NCBI GenBank assembly: GCA_002633005.1
Contig: NMRA01000131.1
Span: forward strand, 421,798 to 485,797
Length of the DNA: 64,000 bases
Direction of reading: 5' to 3'
Origin: Phoronis australis
Lineage: Eukaryota; Animalia; Phoronida
Below, one piece after another: positions 36,901-48,900 of the stretch. The first letter of the stretch is position 1, and each line of letters begins with the position of its first letter. The notes under the pieces are model-generated. The model did no database searches. It was not told the DNA's origin and saw only the letters and a program-made list of their open reading frames with translations. A program made the translations under genes and the position numbers.

Positions 36901-39900
36901 ACACTGACTAATTTTTGGGCATTATCAGTTTTGCAGATAAAAAATGCTATTTTGTGATTATTGTATGAAAGAATACTCCTTGAAGATTTTGGCTTTGACG
37001 AGAAATAAATTGTCACTGCTGTCTGCCACACATTCTCTCAAGGCCAGTTCTTTACCAGTATATGGTTAAAATATTCTGTACTTATTGTATGGGATTTAGT
37101 TCCTCCAGCAGAGATTGCAACCACAGGCATCGCAGGTTCGATTCCTCGCTAAGACTGATCTCAAAAAATCAATTTTCTAACTGATAATGTCTCTTTAAGT
37201 ATTGTTTTCAATGACTTAAATTATTTGTTTTCCACTCACACTTTGTTGGCTCTCATTGAAAACATGGTTTTATTCAATCTGAAAATCTTCTGTTTCCAAT
37301 GAAAGTAGTGAATGAAAATCAAACAAAATAGATTAGATTATTTGTGATTGGAGCTGTGCTCATCTGAACAGATTACAATATAATACGACACGTGACAATG
37401 TGATGAATAGACATTTAACACATTTTTACAAGATCAAAATTTCATGTCTGGAAATCTAAAAATGAACATTCATTGAAGCCAAGACCAACAGATTGAACAT
37501 TTGTGTTTATAATAAAGGTTGACCGCAACAACAAAGAAAGCAGTCATAGGCTTTGAAGCCCTTAGAGAAACAAGCATTTTAAACTATATGTAAATTGCTT
37601 CTGTCACAATCATTGAAAATGCAACATTATTCATTTTACAATGAATATTTGTCTTTAATGAATTTTGGCTGCTTGTAACAAAACAAGTAGTTGATCAAAA
37701 AAACAGAATGTCAGTCACAAATGCAAACATAACCGCTTACTCGGACATCTCAGGTGGCTCTGACATGGTCATAAACACACAGTTGGTGAGAATAGTGAGA
37801 ATGACTAATACACTGAAAACTTTGTACCAAGTTAAGGAAACGAAGCAAAGATACAAGAACAGACTAAATAAAACGTTAAATAAAACGGAAAAACTTTGTT
37901 GCAAGCTGTAGACTAAAAAGTGTAAGAATGTCACATCAAAGTTATTTCTTGATACTACATGTGCAATGCATATAGCTTGTATATGGATAAATCAGAACTG
38001 TCATGTGGCCAAATCAGACTGCCATATGGACGAATCAAAACTGCCATGAAGACAACCGTCATGTGGATAAATCAAAATTGTCACGAGAACAAATTAAAAC
38101 GGTCATGTGGACAAATCAAATCGTCACGAGGGCAAATCAAAACAGTCATATGAACAAATCAAAACTGTCATGTGGACAAATCAAAAGTGCCGTGTGAACA
38201 AATCAAAACTGTCCTAGCACGACATACTGACTCACTACTGAGTCAACACAATTGACATTCAGTGCCCATGACAACATCAAAGGTCCAACACAAATACAAG
38301 ATTGGCAAGACAGTTGAAAATATGGCATCGTGTAGATCTAACAAAGACTACTGAAAATTGAAATAACAACAAGTCTGATGTGGTTCATCAGATGACAAAA
38401 ATAATCGTTCAACTCGACTTGGTTCCCTGTATTGTCATGAAAAGTTACGGAAGCTAACTCTGAAAAGTCAGAAAACCATAACAAATCAATGGCTACATTT
38501 CAAAGGGTTCTGTGTTTTTCACAACATAATTATCAAGAAGAAAAACAACGACAAGCAAAGTCCCACCAACAACTATGGGGGTAAACGATGAATGTTTGAA
38601 AATTCAACTTGAAACATTTCAAAACAATGTGATCAGTAACATTTCCAGTAGAAATTTTGCTAAATTTAAATTTAATGATGATGACAAAAAGTCAACCACA
38701 ACAATGTTGCCAAACTCATTGTTTGCATGACAAAACTGTTTCATTACATTGGATCTCACTTACAGAAAAAGATGGATGTAAAAATAGCTATAAAAACTGA
38801 GAGCCTTTAAAATGTAAATAAGAATAAACAACTTGGATAAAAGATGATAGCATGCATGTAGGGTGGAATGAGCCACAGAGTTTTAAATACACTTTTGGTC
38901 ACGTATTTCAGGAACAAAAAACGAGATGTTTTAACAGCTTTGACAGCAATCAATCATTCAGTTAGAAGTCATAACATCCATCTATTATACTTACTCAGAA
39001 ACCTCTGGTGTCTTTTCCAGGGTCATGAAAATGCAATTAACTAGAATTGTTAAAATAACAATAGCATTAAAAGCTGTGAGTAAAGGTTAAGGATTCAAAC
39101 AGGGTTGTACACATCACACTCTCCACTAAACTGTACAGTAATACCATTTACCATACAGCCAATTGGGAAGGAAGGTGATTATTTCACAGCAACTACTCCA
39201 AACTGGAGACGAGCAATACAGCACTAAACATATTTGTTCTAACTAGCAAAATTCAACAAACCTAACTTTTTTAAATATGAAGTTCGTGCCATAGGATCTG
39301 TGAAGCATACAAATTAGCATATAGGTGTGTTCTAAAAGAGATGAAATGGTGATTTTCCATTCTCAGCTTTGACCCAATGTTATTTCCCATAGAAAAGTGG
39401 CAAGGGTTAGAACCAAGATAGCAGAATCTCTTAGATGATCCAAGTACGATGACGTCACGCTTCCCATCACTAATTTTTCATCAACAGCTTTATTAGCACT
39501 GCTCATCACAACGGGAAGTCTAGTTCATACCAAATGGTAAACAGCAAGCATTTGTTTTCTACAATTACTGGAGGAAATTAGAGAAAATAAAACATGATAT
39601 TACTAAAATCATGCATTAGATAAGTACGTTAGTAACCATCAGGTGTCCGAATTGCAACAGCAATATTAGCGTATTAATTGAAATACAGAGCAGCTTAGGG
39701 AAACAAGAATGTTCCTGTTGATGAAAATCATTGTACATTCAATTGGTAATTTATGCACTATTCAAACATGCAAAACTACTCCTAGGTCAGCACTTCAGTT
39801 TCAGTGAAACCCTAAAATGAGTTTTTGCAATACTTGGCTGTTTTTAAGATAATCAATTTCCACGAAAAGGATATGGATGGACTAGAGTGTACAAAGCCAC

Positions 39901-42900
39901 CCTACGCAGTGGGTTTGTGGGTGTGAGGCAAAACAAGGCGTTGTGGGCGCTGAACCTGAATATCGTTTTGTCTCGACCAATAACAACAAAGACCTGCAAG
40001 GGAAGAAGAAACAAATTTACTCATTGACGAACTGGCTATCATCAAATTCCCACTGAACTCTTAATACAAAGATCTTGACCACTACTGAGTTTTAACTTTG
40101 CAAGAAAACTCCATACCTTGTGTTAGCAATCCAATTTTGAAACTTAAAAATTGGGATAATAATGAAGACGTAACGTTGGAAAATCTTCATATTGTCCCCC
40201 AGTTCACCTACGTATATTTTAAAGTTTAAATTCCCACCAACTTCCTCGGGTTTTCTTTCCTTTTTGCAGAATTTACATAGAAAAGCCTACAACTAGAAAA
40301 TTGACATGAATAATTTTTGGAGGGGTAGAATTCAAGTTTCAGTACTAGCCAGGCTTAGCCTAATTCACAATAGAAAATCCTTGCTCATGCACAATATACA
40401 ACCGAGAAATTGTTTGTTGTAGTACAGTTAGCAACCAAGAAACTGTTTGTTCATGTACAGTACCCAATCATTCATGCACAATGTACAACTAAGAAACTGT
40501 TCACATATACTTTAGATCCAAAAAAAAATTGTTTGTTCATGTACAGTATATAACCAAGAAACTGTTTATTCATGTACAGTATATAACCAAGAAACTGTTT
40601 GTTCATGTACAGTATATAACCAAGAAACTGTTTGTTCATGTACAGTATATAACCAAGAAACTGTTTGTTCATGTACAGTATATAACCAAGAAACTGTTTG
40701 TACGTGTATGTACATGTTGTCAACAAGCTGTTTGACCATGAACAATATTCTGTCAAAAAGCTTTTAGTTCATGTATATTTTACAACCAAGAAACCGTTTG
40801 TTGATGTATAGTATGCTATCAAGAAACTGTTTTTTCATGAATAGTATGCAGCTAAGAAACTGTCTGTTTATTACAGTAAACAGGTAAAACTGTTCATGTA
40901 CAGTGTATAGCCAAAGCACTCTGTTCATGAAAAGTATACAGCCAAGACACTGTTTGTCCTTGAGCATTATACAATCAATAAACTGTTGGTTCATGCACAA
41001 TAACATGCCAGGTCCTTGACCAGTTTCACCTCTTTGTCGTGATAGTAAGGGTCCAGATCCTCTAGTGGTTTCCCCGCTATCTCCAGCGTAAATTCACTGT
41101 CCAGACGTGGTGGAAGTTTCTTGCCCACCTCTAGATGAGGGTCGGGCTTCAATGGCTCTTCCTCCTCTTCTTCTTCTTCTTCCTCTTCACTGTCTTCATC
41201 TTCATCAACCTAACAACATTACAGCTATCAACTTTAGATTTCCTCCCAGTCTGTTGGCTGCACTATCATTGAAAATCCGAGTGTGCTCAATGATTACAGG
41301 CTTTAAATTATAACACCGGCAGTGAAAAATAAAACATGTCAAAAATTTTAAGTGGTGTGCGTTAAAGACCTTGTGGCTAAAATCGAGAGGTGAGAAGACA
41401 CTTTACAAATTCACACATGGAGACACAGACAGTGCATAACCTGCAGTGACTTCAGCAACAGTGTATCCACGATTGACGGCACATCCCTGATAGACACTTA
41501 TACGATTTTTGATCTTCCCTATACTACCAGTGCTCTCCATGATAGAAAATTCAAATACAACAAAAAAATTGCCTGTGTCCAACGTCTTGATATCAAAGGA
41601 AGTGTGTATAAAACATTGGAAGAAGATGATAGTGAAAATAAATTGTGGATTTGAAGCAGGAACATAAAATATTCTCTGTCTCACTAAAACAACACTATTT
41701 CTATAATCACAGCAGTATCATTCCAGAGACGTTCTTTCAGAGATGTTGAGTGTTGACAGTGGGTGTAAACACATCTTTAAGCCAACTTTATTGTTTATCA
41801 TTCCATTTTTTATCATATGATTTAAAACCACAGGAACATATTATTTTTATTACATCACGTACAACACCGAGCTGGACAACAAGCCAATTATCATCTTTTC
41901 CAATAACCAAGCATCAATAAGGGCCCTTAAGTAACCAAGGGTCAACTCTCGCTGCCTCAATGCTTGTATTAATGAGCTTAACAAGCTTGCAATCGAAAGA
42001 ACTGTCAATATGCACTAGGTCAGGGCCCATATAAAAACTGACAGCAATGAAAGTACAGGTAGAGTAGCAAAGATTGGAGCTGGCATTCTAAATTGTGTAC
42101 CTGAACCTATACCGACACACTACAAGTACTGCTGAATGAGTATACACAATTGAGTACACACCAGGTCAGCAGCCCAGAGGGCATCGCTTAACACTTGCTG
42201 AGAAACCCATGAGATTTTTCCCAATGTGATCAAACCAAAAGGTTCAAAAAAGACAGCACCTTCACAGAATGGGTATAAGGGATTTTGCAAAATTTTGGAA
42301 ATGATGCGTGCACGTGTCACGAGCGTACTGCTTTCCAAATGACTGTGGACTTTTCTTTATTACAAAAGTCAGAGAATTATGCAAGAAAATTACATTTATG
42401 AGTTTGTTTTTCACTTAAACAACTGCAAAGGGCATGGTGTCTGTTGACTCCCAGATTTTGCATGCATTCCTGTCAGTCATTAGCTCTAGATGTTGATTAT
42501 AAGTTTCACATCAAGGTGAGAAGCAGAACTACTGGGAGTCCAGTGTGAAATTTCAGGCTCTAACGAAGCTCAACACACAGTGGTACCTAGCTGTATTTGG
42601 ATAGCAGTTGTATACCTTTCTCTATTGTAAACACTTCAAAAAAAAGTTCTGTCCCCTTCAGATAATTGTAGTATTTTTTTCAAATTACCATCAATTCGCA
42701 TAAGATACACATTATTGCAAAGCTTATTAATTAATGCGTCGAAGGTTGGAAAATGTTTTATTATTCATAAACATAACATTATACAGGGTGTCCAGAAAGG
42801 GCACAGGAGTCAATTTCAAAAATTACAAAATGGTACACTGCGCAGTAAACACTCGTACAAAGTTAAATTTGACAAACTTGTCCCCAATGAGTGATTTCTT

Positions 42901-45900
42901 TGGTAGTGAAATTAACTTTAACATGAGATATTCAATAAGATCTTTATATTTCCAAAAGATTTGATCACATGGCTGAGTGCTTTAGTACACTGTGCATTGA
43001 TGGATACATTTATGGTGCATGGAACAAATCAAATGATGCATGCTGTTCTGACCAGTGGTATTCCATTCCTAGGACTTCTCTCAGTTGTGCCAGAGTGGTG
43101 TTAGCCAAGATCTGTGACTGGGTAGCTGGCACCAACGGGTCCCACAACAACTCAATGGGCTTAAGGTCTGGTGAGCAGGAGGTCCATTTCATGCACATTC
43201 TCTTGTAAAAACGCATCCACAATGCGGGCTCTGTGAGGGCGGGCGTTATAATCTTGGAGCACGAAACCATTGCCTACTTGCAAAACACGTGCGGCTACAG
43301 TATCTCTGCAATGTACCGTGGACTGTTGAGGTTCCCAGCTGTGGGGACAAGCTGAGTTCATCCAGCTAAACATATGCCAACCCATTCCATCACACTTCCA
43401 CCTTAGAACAGTCTAACTGGCTGGACGCAGTTGTCGGCAAATCGCTCACCTCTCCTCCTCCATACCCTTAAACGACCATCAACATCACTCAAACAGAATC
43501 TTGACTATGAAGAGCTTTTTCTCTAATTTTGAAGTGTCCAATACCTGTGCTGCCTGGCCCATTGTAATCTGGCAACTCTGTGTGCTGCTGTCAGTGTCAA
43601 GACTAGATGGCAAGCAGGGCACCAGGCTGTGAGACCTGTCTGATGCAGTCTATTCCGGACTGTTTGGTCTGATATCATATACGTCTTGCCCCTGGTCCAG
43701 CGGCCCTTTGGACATCAAGCTGTATGGTACGTGGAACACAGAAACGCCTCCTGGCAGTAGCAGTTTCGATGTATCGGTTAGCAGGTAAGGAGTTAGGCAA
43801 TGACCATCGCCTCTGTTGGCCCGAACCAGAGGCGATGTAGAGGCTATAGGCGCTCTGTACGCCGGAAGCTTTTCGGCGAATTATGCCTCGCACCGACTAA
43901 ACCATCAAAGTCACGTTGTTACAAATACCTTTTGCGCATAGAGGAACACCTTAGGAGGTTGTCGATGTGATTAATTCCTTCCAACTCGAACAAATACTCC
44001 CGTTATGAAACTTTTTCTTCGAGCAGTCCCTATTTCAGTTCCCAAAATCGTGAACTCACCATTTTTATACTGCGCACGCTCCAATTCATGACCTCAATCT
44101 TTAAATAGGCCAAAGGTGAGCCATTGCGGTCTTGTCAGTCAAATGTTCGTTTCCAAAATGCCACCACTTATACTTGTCTTTAATTGGCGTTACTTGAAAC
44201 TGATTGTATTTCAATGAATCATTGTTTGTATTTGATAAAAATAAATGCTGTTGATATGACATTTAATAGTCTTTGTGCACATATTTGACATTTTAATGTT
44301 TAACAACACGGCAAATGCACGGCTGGTTCCCGGCAGCACGTACGCGAAGGGCGGGAACTTCAGCTTTCAAAGTTCGCCGGTAGGTCCGCAACTTCTGACC
44401 TTCGGCCTGGTTAAAAAAAATGAAAATGTTGATTTCACGATTTTGGGAACTGAAATAGGGACTGCTCGAAGAAAAAGTTTCATAACGGGAGTATTTGTTC
44501 GAGTTGGAAGAACTTAAACACATCGACAACCTCCTAAGGTGTTCGTCTATGCGCAAAAGGTAGTTATAACAACGTGGCTTTGATGGTTTAGTCGGTGCGA
44601 GGCATAATTCGCCGAAAAGCTTCCGGCGTACAGAGCGCGTATAGCCTCTACATCGCCTCTGGTTCGGGCCAACAGAGGCGATGGTCATTGCCTAGTAAGG
44701 AGTGAACTTGCAATTTTGTGATTTTTGAAATCGACCTCTGCGCGCTTTTGGGACACCCTGTACAATCCAATATGCATGAACAATAAAAATTTCCCAGCAT
44801 TTGACGCATAAATAAATAAGAATTGAAATGGTTAGAATTTATGCGCATTGAGGGTAATTTGAAGAAAATACCACAAATTATGTGAAGGGGACAGAAGTTT
44901 GAGGGGTTCAGTAATCGAGACAGGCGCTCAGATAGAAGTGTGTGAGATCAATAGGCAATTCAGTACCCTCACTTGCTTTAGAGACAATCAGCAATGCAAC
45001 ATAATGCGCTAACTGAACAATCTATCACATACATGTTACGAATCGCTTACGCACAACTCGTATTTCCTTCTTTTTTTCTTTATGAATCTCTCAACCATAA
45101 AGAGCACGAACGGCTGTTACCTCCAACAGTGAAGAGCATTTTTCAATTTTTCAAGGCGATAGATTCAGATTTAACATTACCGCATTTCATTTGCAACGTA
45201 AGCTAACACAATCGCCGGCACAGGCAGGTATGCCCAACAGGTAAAACTAATTCCCAATCGAAAGTAATGTGTTTTATTTGACAATTCACCTGTCCACTAA
45301 TCAACCGGAGTCAGATCCCAAGGATCTATTCTTGTTCCCTCCTTTTTACGTAAATGACCCCCACAAATCCACTTTTCCAGAAACCCTTATGTATCTTGAT
45401 GATGCCTGTCCTATATACACGTCTAAGTCTACAAAACCAATAGACAACGAGACAGAAAACAAGCTATGGCAGACCGTGGCATATTCACGTGGTTATTAAT
45501 TAACAAATTGTCATTAAATGTCACCTACACTAAATACATTACATTACACTTCCCTCAAAAAATTAATACCTAAGGTTACTATAAGCAGCCAAAACTTAAC
45601 TTTTTTCGTCTGGCGATTTTTATCCTGCTCTGAACATTCTGGTGGGAACAACTAAAATTGCACAAACCTGTGGCGTATCCAATAAACTCAAGAAATATCT
45701 GCATTTATTCACACTGACAACGATATAATACTCCTTGATCCACACTCATTTAACTTTTGGCATCACAATACTGGTGATTTTAAAATGTCAACAGATTACA
45801 ATTCTTTCAGAAACAAGCCTTACGAATAATCACAAACTCAAATTATTTTGCCTGCAAATTACTAAAAATACTTCGGCTTGAAGGCACTCTTATTATGTCC

Positions 45901-48900
45901 TGGTTGAAAATATCTTACAAGTTTTTACACAAACAACTTCCTCATTACTTTCCTCTTGTTTGGCACTTGTGTGGTGTTCAGAAAACACGAAAAATGGAAA
46001 AGATTCAACATGGGGCCTTAAAATTTGTTTTCAATGACCACCAGCCGTCGTATTCCATCTTACTGTCTAAATCAAACTCCACTCCTCTTTTTGTTGAAAG
46101 GCTGCAATGTCTTGGGGTGACTGTTTTCAAGCATATGAATCAGATAGGCCCTTGCCCTCTCCAGTGTCTTACCCTCAGACGTTTGCCTTATGAGGTACGG
46201 GTGAAAAACACTCTATTTGTTGCAATGTTCGCCGCTACATCCTATGGGCTTAATTCTATTCACCACTAAGGTATATCTTTATGGAACAAGTTACCTGAAT
46301 GTATAATATGTTGCCAAGATCTCAATACCTGTACTAATGAGTTAAGTCGCCATATACGCCAAGCCTGTGAATCCCAACTTTGCCTACACTGTCAAATACT
46401 GTCTTTTAATGCTTGATAAGTCATTTATGTTTGTATACTTTTTGTACATAGCCCTTGTACATATTAATTTCTCATTTCGCTCACTAGCACTTGTACTACT
46501 GTTTTGCTGTTAATCTATTCTATACCGATGTAAAATAAACATTTTACTTACTTACTTAATAGTTACATACTTATTTACTTTCTCAGTACTTCAAAACAAT
46601 TTCATTTGCTATAACAAACTAAACAACAGACCAATTAGAAATTATCGTTCGCAGGATCTCTTAGGAAACTTTATATTGTTACTTATCGCAACTACAATCC
46701 TACACTCAAGACTCAATTTACAAATCAATCACGGCAACTCATTGTTTACGTTTTCCCGTTCCTAGAATTATCAATAAAAATAAAATCCCCTCTTCAGTGC
46801 TATATAAGATAAACACGCCTCACTTGATGGACTATCAAGATATTACTGGAACGAAATTTTAGATACTTAGGCCCTACTCACTACCTACAGTGACTCAAGC
46901 TGCTTCTCTGGTACCTATGTCCACCCTGAATAACCACATACAAATTTTACTATTACACAGATGCACTATTAATATATTCACACAGACGCACGCACACACA
47001 TCCACACACAAATGTAGTTATTACTTACGCGCAATCAACTTTCTTATCACGTTGTAATTAATCTGTGTGGATATGTATCACCTCTTTATTTATTGTCAGG
47101 TTTATTTATTTAATCGTTTATTAACTGAAGTACTTATATCGTAGATTGTTTATGTCAGTCTTCTAATTGTATGTCAAATGTATGAATATTAAATAATTTC
47201 TGTCTCATTTCCATTACCAACTCATGTAATCCATGCAGCAATTGAGGAGTTTAATGCTGGCCAACCACAGTGGCTCTGAAGCGGTTTTCTTGTGGTTGAT
47301 GGTTGTATTTTGTTGGTAATGGAAGTGGGATTCTACCATCATATTATGAGAACGAGTTTATCGGTGTCAAAGGCCTAATTCAATTTTCGTTTGAAACAGC
47401 TGCAGTATAAACAGGGCGAAATGCACTGAGCTTTAGCAGTATCACTGATGGTTTCATGTTCTTGTTGGTATTGGGAATAGAATCCTATCACGTAGGCCTA
47501 AGGAATATGGTGAGATCGAGTTTATGAGAGTGAATGGCCTTTTATTCAAATTTTGTTTTTAAACAACTGTAGGCAGGGTGAAATGCACTGAGCTTTTAAA
47601 GATGGCAAGTGCAAAACATTCCTACCAATACCTTCTTTTCCTCGTCTTTCTTTTCTTCTCCTTCCTCAGCTTTTCTTTGTTCCCGCTCTAAGCGCTGTTG
47701 TTTTTTCTGTTCACGCCTTTGCTCCTTTTCCTAAACCAATTCAAAAATAAGCTTGAAGCATTGATAATATTTTTAAAATAAGGTCTACTTCATTGCCACG
47801 AATTGTAATAGCGCTGCAGTCGCGGCCGCCATCATTGCCAACATGATAAGAAGAACGGTAACAGAGTAGATATCGAAGTAAAGATTAATTGCAAATAATA
47901 TCGTAAATTTAGGTCAATGAGGTATGAACTGTGGTTGGTGGATAACTACAAAAGATGAGACCAAACGAACTAAACGAAACAACTTGAGACATATACGTAC
48001 AGGATGTCCCAAAAATAGTGACACTCTAGTTTGAATACATACTGTAACTGGGGGCGTGAATATTCATAACTCAAAATCCTGGATCCGCCCCTGATTAGAA
48101 ATTATCAAGGTCATGAGTGACGGAGAATATTGCATTTATTATTACTGTCTCGAAACAGATTTTATTTTGTGTTTTCTAATTTCATTCACTTATGTCCTTC
48201 CACATTAGGTTTGATTTGTATCTGTGCTTGAATTCCTGGAAACATGAGACCAGCCTAAATGCATGGATACTGTGTATAATTGATCGGGTACTGAGCTATC
48301 TATGAACAAACAGAAAATTGCCCCACTTCAACCAATTTACCAAAGTTGTGATTCGTGACACGTGGGAGGATGCCATTGGGGAACGTTCATTTAAACAATA
48401 AACATTACAATTATACACTTGTACGATATACAAACGTGAGTATTGGCCATCAGTTGTTCAAATTGTAGATTCCTCTTAGGCATCGAATAGATCATTTCTG
48501 CAGTAGCACTTGCTCAATAACTGAGAGGGCACTGCAGAATGGACATTTCTGAAATAGTAACTGCTCAATAACTGAGCGGGCACATCAGAATGGAAAAGTA
48601 GGCACAACAATGACACAATCATAGATATTTACATTTTTAGAATTGATGAGTGTAAAAGATACATTTGCTAGTCGTTACCAGCCTCTTTCGTACCTCTTTA
48701 CCCGGTTTCGATGTGCAAGCGTTAAAATAAGAGACTGTCTTTACTTTTGGCACAGCCTTTTAATACACGTATAATATACTATAATACGTATAAAATTATA
48801 GATATATTAAAGTGGTGCTATGTGTCACAATAAACTAAAAATAGTTTTCGTCATCGAAACTGTGGTTTACTCAACTATCGTATAATATACAAATGCATGG

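Larger units (their letters stand above)
42645..44899 (-). mobile_element. Degenerate Tc1/mariner element with long inverted ends
   Basis: Inverted repeats at about 42645-42840 and 44704-44899, including TA|CAGGGTGTCC...GGACACCCTG|TA at 42784/44760; transposase remnants inside. Confidence 0.85.

Noticed and set aside
38755-38815. Hydrophobic reading frame with a GTAAGT donor between the two DI-S1 exons (possible third copy)
   Set aside because: No U12 branch point, no NC.FM motif, wrong length; consistent with T-rich intron noise.
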